A stretch of DNA of 64,000 bases from Felis catus. Lineage: Eukaryota. Location: assembly GCF_018350175.1 (NCBI RefSeq), contig NC_058368.1:21330001-21394000 (forward strand), written 5' to 3'. Position 1 is the stretch's first letter, and every line of letters begins with the position of its first letter. Position numbers and translations under genes: made by a program. Positions 12,710 through 25,905 of this stretch are shown here, in pieces. Below the pieces are notes generated by a model. That model did not search any database, was not told where the DNA came from, and saw only the letters and a list, made by a program, of their open reading frames with translations.

Positions 12710-13107
12710 CCCTTTTCTGAAAACTGTACCCATTCTCCCACCTCCTTCTCTCCCTCACCCTAGCCATTCTCCTTCACCCTTGGGGTGGGGGTAGGGGTTA
12801 CTCAAGTCACCTTATTTATTCTGTTCAATTAGGGCCAAGTGGCTACCCGGATCAGAGAAGCTCAGAAGGGTGCATCTACAGAGAGAAAACAAAACTGACC
12901 ACAGTAAGAAGCAGAGGCTAAAGGTACAGATAAGAGTCTGTGACTTTTGGTGTTCTTCCTGTTATTCCCTAAGGCCTGGGGGAATTCTGGGAATGCTGTG
13001 AGACAACAGCATTGTGGACTTTTAATAAACGTCCCGTTTTTCTTGGATAATATTAAAATGCAACCAATGAATATAATTTCATGAGCAGCTTAGAAAATAC
13101 ATTCCAT

Positions 13108-13334
13108 GGGGCGCCTGGGTGGCTTGGTCGGTTGAGCGTCCGACTTCAGCTCAGGTCATGATCTCGCGGTCCGTGAGTTCGAGCCCCGCGTCGGGCTCTG
13201 TGCTGACAGCTCGGAACCTGGAGCCTGTTTCAGATTCTGTGTCTCCCTCTCTCTCTGCCCCTCCCCTGTTCATGCTCTGTCTCTCTCTGTCTCAAAAATA
13301 AATAAACGTTAAAAAAAAAAAAAGAAAAAGAAAA
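13108..13334 (+). mobile_element. Young SINEC_Fc
   Basis: CpGs intact; perfect TSD agaaaatacattccat (13092-13107 / 13335-13350). Confidence 0.97.
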
Positions 13335-13953
13335 AGAAAATACATTCCATGAATGGGAATTTTGTTGGTTTGGCTTGATTCAAGCATTAGAACTTGTAGC
13401 ATCGAGAAGAAAAGATGAATTCTACCATAAATACCACCTTTCTCAGCCAACCTTTGATGAAGGTGTTAAAGAGCAGACAATTGGAATAACGTCCTCCTGC
13501 AGGGCCTGATGTGCTAATGCTCTGGGCTGATCCATATAGTCTTCAAAAACCTCGCAAGCAGATAGTCACATCTTTTTTGAAAACTTGGTAGAAACTTTTC
13601 TGGACTTAATCCAGATGGGCTCAATCAGACCCAGGAGGTTAATCAAGATCAGCAATCTAGAGAAGATCAGCACTCACCAGGCACATGGGCTTTACACTGT
13701 TTTGGCAGCAATAGGGAGTCCTTGAGCTTTTTCAAATGTAAACCTCATGATCAAAAGTGTTTATTATGTCAGAATCTAAATGAGGCCAGTTGTTCAAGAG
13801 CTACAGAGTTGGGGAGAAAAATGTCAAGTAGCCATCCAGAACCTCCAATGGTAGTTTTTTATACGGACTTGTCATTTTTATTATAAAAATAATGCACACT
13901 TATTGCAAAAAATCCTGAAAACATTGAAAAATATATAATAGAAGACAATTAAA

Positions 13954-14177
13954 GGGGCGCCTGGGTGGCTCAGTCGGTTGAGTGTCCAGCTCTTGATTTC
14001 AGCTCAGGTCATGATCCCAGGGTTGTGGGATCAAGCCCTGTGTCGGGCTCCATGCTAAGCATGGAGCCTGCTTTGAATTTTCTCTCTCTCCCTCTTCCCT
14101 CTCCCACTCATGTGCACAAGTGCTCTCTCTCTCACTCTCTCTAAAATTAAAAAAATAAATAAATAAATAATTAAAAA
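13954..14177 (+). mobile_element. Can-SINE
   Basis: ggggcgcctgggtggctcagtcgg head, CT tract, A tail. Confidence 0.93.
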
Positions 14178-14588
14178 CCCAATCTCCTAGGATAATCACT
14201 ATCAATATTTTGCCATATATCCCTCTATACCTTTTTCCTAGGCTTATGAAAACAACTTTTCCCATAAAAATATTTCATCTATATATACAATTATGTAACC
14301 TTAGCAATTAATTATAAATGTATGTCAATGTTAAAGACTCCACATCATCATTTTAGTAACTACATAACTTTCCAGTAAAGGGACAAGCCATCAAATAATT
14401 TATTTAACTGATTGCCTTTTATTGATTTCTGGGTTTTGGTTATTATAAAGAGCACTGAAATGAAGAATATTCATTTAATGTTCCAGTTAATCCATATTAA
14501 CTTGTTCAGTAATCTCCCCTGAATAAATCCCCAATATAATTCTTCAGTCAAAGAAGCTTAAAAAGCTCTTTAAAATTTGCTGTGTTTC

Positions 14589-14767
14589 GGGGCGCCTGAG
14601 TGGCTCAGTCGGTTAAGTGTCTGACTTCAGCTCAGGTCAAGATCTCGTGGTTTGTGAGTTTGGACCCCGCATCAGGCTCTATACTGACAGCACAGAGCCT
14701 GGAGCCTGCTTTAGATTCTGTGTCTTCCTCTCTCTCTGCCCCTCCCTTGCTCATGCTCATGCTCATG

Positions 14768-14798
<31 letters not shown>

Positions 14799-14840
14799 AA
14801 AAATATATAGCCATTAAAAAATTTTTATAGATAAATAAAT
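14589..14840 (+). mobile_element. Can-SINE (SINEC_Fc)
   Basis: TSD aaaatttgctgtgtttc / aaaatttgttgtgtttc. Confidence 0.95.
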
Positions 14841-15651
14841 AAAATTTGTTGTGTTTCACTCACTTGAAGGAATTTCTTAGTGGTAAGAAGTTCATAATAA
14901 GATTAAATTAGATATATTTCCAAATGGTTCTTCCATGTTCTTTTCTGCAGCATGCTTCCTTAAACTTACTATTATTTTCTAGGGGCTTTAGGTTTTGTTT
15001 GGCTTCTTTTGTTTTCTTGTGGGTACCAACTATCTTCTTCAAATCCAAAGTCTGGTGAGCAGACCCTACATTTAGCCCAATAAGATGCCCTCTTCTTGAG
15101 AGCAGTCCAGAGGCTTAGACAAATAGAAACCAATGGGTAAGATGAAAAGCCCTTCCTCCCCCTACAGTCTGCTTAATGCCAAAATTTCAAATGTACAATT
15201 ATGTATGCAAATGAGCCCAGGAACACCAGGTCAAATGTATGGGAAAGAAACAGCTGCTTCCAGAGGACCAGGAGATAGTGTTAGACTTACCCAATATAGT
15301 CTACACTTGCCCATGTAATGGACACTCTCGTGAAGACATCCCAAAATTTATGCTATCATCTGACGTTTAGCAATATTAAATTATATTTATCAATTAGATA
15401 AGAAAGTAATTTTCTGTTTTAAGTTATACAACTACCCCAAGAGGAATGACCCATGGGGAAAAAAATTCTTAAAATCTTCATCCGATAATGCCTCAGCAAC
15501 AAAGAATTGTCATAGTGCAGATGAAATATAATATGCAGACACCTCAGAGGGAAGGTATCACAGTCTATCACCTCCAACAAGGAACAGAATTTATAGAAAA
15601 TTGGTCCTCGTCATATGAGCCCAGATGCACAAAGACTACTTTCAAGCCTCC

Positions 15652-16089
15652 TGTTAGGGGTTGAGTGGTATCGGTTGAATGGTATCCCCCCAAAAAATCC
15701 ACATGTTGAAGTCCTGACCCCCCAGTATGTCAGACCCCTATTTGGAAATAGGGTCATTGCAGATGCAATTAGTTACTTAAGATGAGGTCATACTGTAGTA
15801 GATGGGCCTCTAATCCATGTGACTGGTGTCCATATAAAAAGGGGCAAGTTGGACAGGGAGACAGGCATAGAGGGAAGACAAATGTGAAAACATGGAGGAA
15901 GAAGGAAACCACCAGAACTAAGAGAGAGAAGCATGGAACAAATTTCTCCCTCACAGCCTGCAGAAGGAACACTACTGACATCTTGACCTCAGACTTCTGG
16001 CCTCCAGAATCGTAAGACAATAAATTTCTGTCACTCTAAGCCACCCAGTTTGTGGCACTTCGTTATAGCAGCCCTAGCAAAATAATAAA
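15652..16089 (+). mobile_element. MaLR solo LTR (MLT1B/C-like)
   Basis: tatttggaaatagggtcattgcagatg...cagacttctggcctccagaa...taaatttctg...aagccacccagtttgtgg...gttatagcagccctagc. Confidence 0.88.
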
Positions 16090-17039
16090 CTGATCTATCC
16101 ACCTTTAACACCAGAAAGGAGAAATGCATAAAACACTAAAAAAGAAAAGGGATTCACTTTCCAAATTCCTACTCTTCTTTGGAAATACGTAAAACATTAA
16201 ACTACTGAAATTAAGTCATAGCATCGGACATTTGATTAGAGCCCAGAACAGAAAAACCCCCATCATTGGGGAATGAAATAACTTGCCTGTAGAGCTATTA
16301 GGTAAAAGAGCTGAGGTCTGACCCAGGCCTGTCCAGAGACAGTCACTCTGCCTTCTGCTATTTCTGGCAGGCTTTCACCTCTCTTCTGAACCCTAACCTG
16401 TCTCCCCTTTTCTCCTCTCTGGCCCTCAGATACTCAAGGCCCACATGCTGCCTATAAGCCATAACCCCCACTACAGCACCCTACCCAAACCAACCCTCCT
16501 CCAGAGAACCACATTCCAAAATGCACCTTCGTTCCTCCCCTTTGCTCAACAAACAAAACCCCCAGACCTTCAGAATCAGATCTCTTCTAGGCATTCAGAA
16601 GAAAGCAATCTGAATAGCTAAAGCAACTGACACAAACGTGTATATAAGATATACAAATGCCTGAGGAGTTTATAAACCAAAAATCTGTCTGGCAGAATGT
16701 GAGCTGAATAACTTTAATAAGATGCATTTTAGGTGTTACTTGATAATCCTGGGAAATTTACAGCTCAGGGTGGCTGGCTTCTCAGGAGAGCCACGGAGAG
16801 TTATTGAGTGAAGAAGAGGGTCAATACCCCAAGTTGGAGACAGGGCACGGGGGGAGATGCAGAGAAGAGAGCGACAAAAGACAGCTTATCTAAGAGAACT
16901 CTTAGGTAGACATCATACTTAGCCTGTCCCACCATTTTGCCTAACACAGGATCGAGAACTTTAGTCAGAGCATTGACTCTCAAGGGCTTTTAGATGTCAT
17001 GATAACAGCAGCTTTACTGAGCTTCTTCCATGTCTCAGC

Positions 17040-17230
17040 CACCACCCTCAGCACTTCTTAGGTATTACCTCATTTCACCGTTAAAACAATGCTAACAAGT
17101 GGGTGCCATAATCCCTTTTATACATGGAAAAACAGAGGCACCAAAGGGCTAAGTGATTTGTCTAATACGGAATAAAACCAGTGTCCAAACCCAGGCAGAC
17201 CAAGCCCACAGGCTCCCACTCTGACCACTG
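17040..17230 (-). mobile_element. MIR
   Basis: ccctttatacatggaaaaacagaggcaccaaagggctaagtgatttg antisense MIR core. Confidence 0.7.
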
Positions 17231-18999
17231 CTCTATGCAGGCAAACCTCATATGTGACATGGGGTATTATTATTCCAGCAAAAACATACAGTAGTGAATT
17301 AAAGCATCTGCCCGCCCATCTGAGATACAGCAAATGTTTCCACTTAGAAGCCGAACGCCGACCTAAGTAACTCTTGACAGGCCAGCCTGCTGGAGCCACC
17401 AGCCACACCTGTGCATCCAGGTATGTCCTCAAGTGTCACTCAAATGATAGGAGTGACTACAAGAGCCCGGCCTCTGGAACCTAGTTTAAAAAGGTAAACA
17501 AATCTAAAAATATGACTTCTGCCTGGAGGACTCTGGCTATTCCTTGTGGCTCAGATTCCAATTGTGCCTTCTCACTGTATTCCACAGGAGATGACCGAGT
17601 GGCATTCCGGACACAAGTCAACACCTTAAACACAAAATCAAGAGGCCTACTCCCTGCCCCCCTCTGGGGCACTCCACAGTGGCAGTCCAAACAGCTTGTC
17701 TGAACTGTCACACTAAAGGAACTTATTTCCAAACAGAACAGAAGGAAGGAAAAAAAAAAAAAAAAGTCCCAAATGTCTGCTCTCCTTCCAGGATTTAAAA
17801 GGCCTGATGTAAGAAAGTAAAAATAACAAAATTAAATGTGTGAAATTCTAGTGAGTGTAATGCTTCCAATAGTTTGTTTTACCGTAAATTCTTAATCTGC
17901 CTGTGCCTTTTCACTTCAGTAAAGGAAAAGTAAAGTGTATCAGTGCCTGCCTACAAAAAAAAAAAAAACTGTGGCTGAACCTAAGGCTCTCTCAGAATGG
18001 ATGTGATTTCGGAATATAAATCTGAGCTTGCGGTGGTTTTCAGTTTTATTTCTCAATAAACAGGCCAGCTCTAAGAATTTCACATGCGCACACACACAGA
18101 GCATACAGGTACTTCTCTTACAGAATGATCCTAGGGATAAGAAACAAAACAGTGATGTCTATGCCTCTGCCAAGACAGGACCCGCTCACACTTTCAGGGA
18201 GAGCCTGATAGCTGCTCTTAGGGCCCGTCAGAGTGGTCCTCATCTAAGTACACCCAGGCCTCAGGCCCCATCGGAGAAGGGATTGATGAGTTCCCATTTC
18301 TAGAAACCGGCAAGCCTCCTGCCTGCAACAAGGCCTGAGTCTTTCCTGACCCCCCAGCAAGGGCATTACATTAGCTGCAACAAGCCTGATGAGCTCAAGT
18401 GCAGAAGACACAAAAAAAGGGTGAGGGGTGGAATCTCCCCCTCCAGAGGATGGGAGCAGCACTGCCTAATGGAAGGTGCAGATCACAAGGACGGGGAGCT
18501 TGAAAGAGGGGCTGAAGAAGAAACAGAAAGGAGTAAGTGGGAGCAAGAAAGGGGGCAAAAGTGAAGGACACCTGCTCTAGCCAAAAGGAGTAGTGTTTCT
18601 CCCAAAGAAAGTACCTGTGGGGAAGGAGGTAATGAGTAAGCTGGATCAAGTCACAGCCTTTAACCCTTCTTCTATACCAAGCAGGTGAATCAATTACCTC
18701 AATCCATAATGGTCTTGGGTAGATTGCGCCTGGGGAAGAGCAGCAAGGAAGGAGGTCCCAGAGAAAGGAGCAATGACCACCATGTCATCGTTCATGAGGG
18801 AGGGGGAAGAAAAGCAGGAAGAGGAAGAAGAAGGAGAAGAAGGAGAAGAAGAAAAATTGCGAGGCAGGATGAATCTGGATCGGCCCTGGGATTCGGTAGT
18901 AGAAAACGCCTTTGAGTGACTTGGAGGAGATAGCACATTCCTCCAGACTCATGCTACGAAAAGGCCACGAAAAGGCCATCCCCCACGCTCTTCACGGTC

Positions 19000-20990
19000 T
19001 ATTCCAAACCAGTGCTGTTCTATCTTTCCTAAAAAGCCTCTTCCTTTGAAGCATGTGCTATTCTGTAATACCATCCTCTTCCATAGCCTCCCCGGGGCTG
19101 CTTGAAGGCTTTGGCATCTGGCTCTAAGTCTTTCTGTCTCTTAGAGTCCTGCCAACATCTGGCTAACTTCAGTGTTCATGTTGATGACCTGGCCAATCCG
19201 ATTTCCTCAGTATTCACGGGGTGCCAGGCACCATATCTGTACCTTTGCCTCGTTATCTGTAACCTTCACAACAGACCTATAGGGATGCTATTTAGAGATA
19301 GCAGGGGCTAGGATTCTAAACCATGCTGGTCAGACTCCCAAGTTCATGTTCTCCTCTCTTTGCAACACTGGCTCAGAATGCACCTAAAATATAAACCTGA
19401 AAATCCTGCTCTCTGACTATACATTCTTACATTGCTACCTCTCCCATTAAACCTCTTCTTCCACCTCATCAAACGTCTAACCCGTCAACTGCCGCCTTTA
19501 CTCCCAGCTTATCAACCCTTCCTGACACTTCTTCCTTCCATACCTGTGGCCAGAGGAAATGCCAGGAAAATCCCTCCTGAGACTGTTTCTTTGGCTCAAT
19601 GCCCATGTAATGAACCCTCTGCCTTTGATCACCAGACTACTGATTAAATTAGTAAAACCCTTTAGGCCTAGAATTGTAAGCAATGTTATGATGGTGATGT
19701 AAGTGCCGGTTTGAACTTTTAATAAGTGTGTTAGATTGCTTGGAACCAGGTGGAGAGAAAACAGCTGATGGCAGGTGGCAATTGATAAGAACCATGGCTA
19801 TTCCCAGTTAGCCTCATAAAAATGAGGCCCTGTGCTTTCCCTTGAGCTCCTTGGGCCTCTTGATCTAACAGAAGCACACTCTAACAATGATGTCACTGCT
19901 AGCATCAGCTGAAAGACATGCTGTCTCTTTCCATCCTGAAGAGAGTGACTCAGCACTCTAGGGGTTCCATAGGTGGCTGACAAAAATCCCTTTACCCTTC
20001 CATCGATATCCACCCACTACCACTGAATGAGAGGGAAAGTAAAATGTAGCCTTCACTGGGGACCTCCCTTCCCTCTTCTCCAGAACCAAGATTTGCAGGG
20101 AGGGTTGGAGAGTGGATAAAGTGGACTTTTGCAGTTTGAGGTGAACACGTAAGTACACCTATGTGTCCTCTGTCACTGGGCATGACAAAAATGTAAACAA
20201 ATATGAGATAGATCTGTAATGAGTTCTGAACCCATCAATAACACAGACAATGATTCACAATCACTTCAACGGTGTTCTCATCAACATCTCCATTCTCTTG
20301 CTCTGCTGTCCTATTCTTCCATCCCCTCTCCTGATAATCCCCAGAAACTCTCTGATTTCCCCAATTCTGAGAGTTCTGGTACTCTTGGAGAGAATCACAA
20401 AACTATGTTGATAACCTTAATTACAAATTTAGGAGCTCCAATCTCTGCTCTTAATATTCCTCTACTGTGTTTCCCTTTAGCAGCACTTCTAAAGCTGTTC
20501 CACGTTCTTCAAGTCCCCTACCCCAACCCTAGCCCCTTTATCCTAAGACAACATTGCTGCCTAACTTCCAGAAACATAAAACAAAACAAAAACAGTCATC
20601 CACAACTTCCATCCCTTCCACCTTTCATGTTTTATCTTCACCCATCTTCTCCATTTCCTTCTTGTCGAAAAACAAAAGTATCCTAGTCCTTTCCAGGACC
20701 AGTCACTTCACTTGCATTTTGGTCCCATCCTTGCTTTGCCTTTCTAAGATGTTTCATCACATCTTGAGTCTTCCCCATCCAAACAAGCCATCAATAAAGC
20801 AAGCCTCTCCTCAGTTCCACCTCATCCTCAAACCACCCTGTGGCTGCCCTTCATTCACAACCAAGTCATAATTTTGCTCCCAATCCTACTCCCATATAAA
20901 GTTCCCCATGGAAAAAGTCAACGTTTTCCAGTGCATCAAACCCAGTCTGCAGTCCTCATCTAACTCTCTTCTCTGAAATTATGGCATCGC
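19000..20990 (+). mobile_element. Fragmented L2 LINE (interrupted by a MIR and unassigned sequence)
   Basis: Translation HLANFSVHVDDLANP near 19150 resembles the L2 endonuclease GDFNIHVD motif; pyrimidine-rich L2-like sequence at 20250-20990. Confidence 0.45.
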
Positions 20991-21357
20991 CATAAACTGG
21001 TCTCGTGTGAGTTAAAAGCAGGAATACTGGAGTCAGTGGCCTGAGTGCACTGTTTGAAAACAAGTTGGTAGAAACCAGTTTGTAATTACAATTACAATTG
21101 ACCTTGTGTTGAATTACTCAGCTATAGCTATAGCCCTAAAAAAGGGAAAATATACTAATGGCTCCTTGTATTTAAAGCTTATTAGCTAGGTTCACAAATG
21201 AAGAGGTAGAATTTGAAATAGCGAAAAGCTGGATTGGAAGTCAGGAGAATGCAGATTTAATCCCAGCCATAGAATCTTTGTAATAACAAGATCTCTGGGC
21301 CTCATTGTTCAAATAGACTGGGTGATCATGAAAGCCCTTTCTGCCCTAAACATTTCT

Positions 21358-21586
21358 TTTTTTTTTTTTTTAATTTTTTTTTTAACATTTATTCATTTTC
21401 GAGACAGAGAGAGATAGAGCATGAATGGGGAAAGGTCAGAGAGAGAGGAAGACACAGAATCTGAAACAGGCTACAGGCTCTGAGCTGTCAGCACAGAGCC
21501 CGACGTGGGGCTCGAACTCACGAACCGCGAGATCATGACCTGAATTGAAGTCGGATGCCCAACTGACTGAGCCACCCAGGCGCCCC
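21358..21586 (-). mobile_element. SINEC_Fc
   Basis: Perfect TSD tgccctaaacatttct (21342-21357 / 21587-21602). Confidence 0.96.
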
Positions 21587-23475
21587 TGCCCTAAACATTT
21601 CTACGACACAGAGAGTTTGGCAACAATTTGAGAAAATGTACAAATGAGTGTTGTGTGAGCAAACACATAATAAGGGCTTCAGGGAGAGGGAAGAGCAATA
21701 ATACCAGGAAATTTGAAGGAATTTTAGGGTCCAATGGACCCTAAAACACAGGGAGGATTTTGACTGAAGTAAAAGAGGAGGCAAAGATTTCTGAGTTTGA
21801 GAAGCAAAACAACAAAGGCCTGGAGTGATTTCAGATGCGCCAGGACGACCTCCCAGACAAAAGTATCTTCCTCATCTTGTCAGCAGGTTCTGAATGTCAA
21901 TAAATGGTTTTGAAATGATTGTTAACCCATAAATATGTTGTTATTTATAACTGATAAAAGTGAATGTGACCTATGATCTTCAGCCATTAAAGTCATTTGT
22001 AGAAGAATGGTGAACGAAGGATGTATTTCATGGTATTTGCTCACAACGATGGTTGTCTCTAGGCAATAGTTGTGAGTGACTTTTATTATGTTTATCTATA
22101 TTTTCTAAAATGAACCTGAATTGTTATTGATAATTAGAAAGAATAAAAGCATATTTTTAAGGTCTTAAATGCAACAAAGGACGTGGTGACATCTTAATCC
22201 ATTAATAATAATGGGAGGGACTGATTGACAAATGGCTGGAACTCTGTTGAAGGCACAAAGGTGTCAGGGGCACTGGGAGAGCTGTTACAAGGGGAGATAG
22301 CAAAGCATTGGCAATATACTTTGCCTAGCTCCTAAACTTGTCTCGGCAACAGTATATTTGAATCTCTTCAAGGCCATTTTGTTCTTTTTAACCCCCAATT
22401 TTATTTCTAGTATCCAAAAGGATTCAAAGATTTTACTAATTGCAAAAGATCTCTTTTTAAGTGTTAATTATATCAAGGGTAATGCAACTACTCATTCTTT
22501 TTCAGTGATAAATGTCTGTCTGTTATTCTTCACCTCAGTCCTTACTCTCAGATTTGTGGAACCTCGGAGTAATTAATGGAGTTCTGAGAAGTGAAAGGCT
22601 GGGCAGGATGACTCATATGAATAAGCACGATGGGGATAGTTTTTTACAGCTACAGATGTATTTTTAATTCATTCTCTTCTATTAAGGTTTTTTGCAGCCT
22701 TTCCGCCATTATGGCCTCAGAGAAAGGGAAAAAGCAGCTCCTTCCTCAGGAAGGATGACAGGATTTAGAAATATTTCCTACTAACCAGAAGGAGAAATTA
22801 AAACCTTGCAGTGAATGGTGACCTTAAATAAGAGATATAAGCAGAGAGACAAGCATGGCATGGTTTCTTTGCCTTAGGCCTAAATCTCAACATGAGATAT
22901 TATTAGGTAAAGGCTGAGGTAAAAGTAGAGGGGTTTCAGTCCCCACTTCCTATTGGAACTCCAGGAGGAAACTGCATCCCAGAATGACTTCCACACTAAT
23001 ATGGACGAGTCTCATGAGAGGAAAAATGGTGTGATTAGAAGAAAGAAAGTCTGAGGTAACACCCCTAAGTCTTCCTCAGCTTGCATGCGGCAAGGAAGGA
23101 ATCCAGAAATTCCCGTGTGCCCCCATGGAAGGATTCCTGGTGAATTTCCAAGGAAGTTGCCAAGCAGCAGTGAAGAGACCCTGTGGCCAAGGACCATGGA
23201 GAAAACCACCCCATCTAAGAATAAATGAGAATCCCAGCAGGCCTCAGGAGCATGTCTGCACCAGCCAGAGATGAGGTGAGCCAAGTTATCTAGGGAAGAC
23301 CAAGCAGAAGAACCCGAGAATGAGAGAGACCCAAGTTCACAGGAAGTAGATACCAGAGGACTGTTAGTGACCTGCAGATATGTGACACTGGTGTGGAGAA
23401 CAGAGGAGAGCACAAGGGCCTACATGTGTGGAATTGAAGCCTCCTCTCTGCTCAGAACTTAAAGTCACTTAAGAC

Positions 23476-23861
23476 CAGTAGTGCTCCAGTAAATGTTTCA
23501 ACAGTGGACTCTCCAGAGAGGAAAAGCCCTAGTTTGTATCATGTGGAGATTTTTATGGTGTGAATACTCCCACCAAGGCAGACTTGAAGCTACCAACATT
23601 ACACCATTGAACTTGGAGTTGGGAAGAGATGAGATATCTCCACTTACAGATAAAATAAATAACTTCAGTTGTATGGCTAATGTCATTCAATAGTTAGGAA
23701 ATGATGAGTTTTGAATCTTTTTTTTTAATATTACTTCTTTAATTGTAAGTTGATAGAACTTAATTGTTAATAAAGACGGTGTATAAAAACTGAGTTGTAC
23801 AAAATTCCCCAAAATTTAGCAATTCTGATAAGCCATCGGAAGCCAGCTGAGCCTCCCACTG
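23476..23861 (+). mobile_element. hAT-Blackjack non-autonomous DNA transposon (MER63-like)
   Basis: Ends cagt.../...cactg; internal gtgtgaatactcccaccaaggcagacttgaagctaccaac; 8-bp hAT-type TSD cttaagac/cttaagaa. Confidence 0.75.
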
Positions 23862-24122
23862 CTTAAGAACCTGTACCCATTTTCTCCCAATGTCATCCTG
23901 GAGAGGTACGGGGAAGTGGAAGGAAAATTAAACAACTGGGTCACTTACCCAAAATAAATTACCGCTAATTGATGTCAGTGTCTACTACCACCTTCTCCAC
24001 CATCATTTCTGACCTTGAAAGCTCAGAAAGAAGGTAAAATCAGTTACAAAATATATAAAGAAACTATACTTTCTTTGCACATCTTAGAATTTTTGTGTGT
24101 ATCAATTAGAAATTCTGTGCTG

Positions 24123-24368
24123 AGGATCGCCTGGGTGGCTCAGTCGATTAAGTGTTGGACTTCAGCTCAGGTCATGAGCTCGCGGTTTGAGGGTTCAAGC
24201 CCCAAAACAGGCTCTCTGTGGGCTCTCTGTTGTCAACATGGAGCCCACTTCAGATCCTCTGCCTTCCTCTCTCTCTGCCCTTCTCTGGCTTGTGCTCTCT
24301 CTTTCTAAAAGATAAACATTTTTTAAAAATTTTTAAAAAAATAATAAAAGTATACTTAAAAAAAGAAA
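24123..24368 (+). mobile_element. Can-SINE
   Basis: SINE body; TSD agaaattctgtg on both sides. Confidence 0.92.
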
Positions 24369-24399
24369 AGAAATTCTGTGTCAAGTAATGAAATCTTCC

Positions 24400-24810
24400 A
24401 GTGAGGGTAACTTATGTGAGTGGGGGTATATTTTTCTCACATAATGAACAGTCAGGCCTGTACTTCATGGTCACAAAATGGCTGCCCCAAGTCAAGGCAA
24501 TACATTTACATTCAAGCCAAGATGAAGGGACAAAAAACCCAGCAGTTTCTGTACCCTTTTAACAGGAGCACAGAAACTTTCCTAGAAATCTTCCTTCTCT
24601 TGACCCTCCCCACTTCCCTCCTCCCGGTGGACTTGTGTTGCTTAAGTCTTACTGGTCAGAACTAGGTTACTTCACCACTTCTAGCTGCAAGGGACACTGG
24701 GGAAAATATTCCAGTGTCCTAGACTGGAATTAGCCTAGACCAGTCAGGATGCAACTGCTTAGGGCTAGGCATGTTGCTGCCAATATATGAAGAAAACCAG
24801 AGTTCTGCTA
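24400..24810 (-). mobile_element. Old MaLR LTR fragment (MLT1K/L-like)
   Basis: tggtcacaaaatggctgcc; ctggtcagaactagg...ctagctgcaaggga phrases. Confidence 0.55.
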
Positions 24811-25709
24811 GCAAAGAAGAAGGGATAATGGAGAATGAGCAAGCTGGAAGCAGAGTCTAGGACAACATAAAACAGCATTTCTGACGCTAGTCCACACGGA
24901 AAGCGGAAGAACTATTTTAAATGGAAAAGAGTCAAGATTGGCATTTGTTTGCCAAAGCATACAATGGAAATTCAGGAAGAGCCTGGAAGTATCTCTCACA
25001 TCTAAGGCAGAAGTTCTCAGAAACGCAACAACGGCCTGGAGGTCTTAGCTGCTGCCCAACCTCCTGGCCCCACTGGCCATCAGGCTGCTTTAGCATCCGT
25101 TGGTCCCCTCAGACTCCTAAGGGAAAGCACTTCCTTTCAGCCACTTCAAGGTCAGGAAATGGGATAAAGACAATGAAGTCCAATGGTGAAAACGTTCCCA
25201 TCAGGAAAAAGTTAGGGAATAAGAGACTCTGGTTGTTTAATATTTTAGGTTGCTCAGAGCTTTTATCAAGTAGTGCTTTCTAGGGACCGGAGTCCCACTT
25301 GCACTTTCCTTAGTACACACTTGAAGTATCATTTATGAAGCTGGGGAGAGCTGCAGGACTGAGAAGGAAAGTAAAAAGAAGGTCCTTCCTTCCCTGCCCC
25401 TGCTGAACCTCCAGACTAGCAAAGGTTAATCACTAGAATATTTGGGGCTTATTCCTTGGGAAAGGTGCTGAATGACTAAATACTGTTGAGTGCTGAGTCC
25501 TACAGCCCATCAGCAAACAGAGCCTGGCCTGCTATGACCGACAGGGCGTGTGCCTCTCATTTGGCCAATAAACTACTTCTACGAGTCACACTATATCCAG
25601 GAAAAAGGCAAGTCACAGATGTTCCAGAGATGGAGGCTGAAGGTCCTAGGGGTGAAATATTAACTACCAGACAGGAGCTAAATGTTAAATTAAAAATTCT
25701 ACATTAGCA

Positions 25710-25905
25710 GGGCGCCTGGGTGGCTCAGTTGGTTAATGATCTGACTTCGGCTCAGGTCATGATCTCACTGGTTTGTGGGTTCAAGCCCTGCATTGGGTTC
25801 TGTGCTAATAGCTCAGAGCTGGACACTGCTTCAGATTCTGTGTCTCCCTCTCTCTCTGCGCCCCCTCCACTCATGTTCTCTCAAAATAAATAAACCAAAA
25901 AAAAA
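25710..25905 (+). mobile_element. Can-SINE (SINEC_Fc)
   Basis: TSD aaaaattctacattagc / aaaaattccacattagc. Confidence 0.94.

Noticed and set aside
12318..12767. 149-aa and overlapping YI/YM-rich ORFs
   Set aside because: Translations of the TA microsatellite; not a protein.
13119..13301. Recurrent MAQSV...[22 protein letters not shown]s as a gene family
   Set aside because: All are read-throughs of Can-SINE bodies.
20219..20871. 155-aa and 105-aa ORFs
   Set aside because: Pyrimidine-rich L2-like sequence with low-complexity S/P/L composition; no domain recognised.
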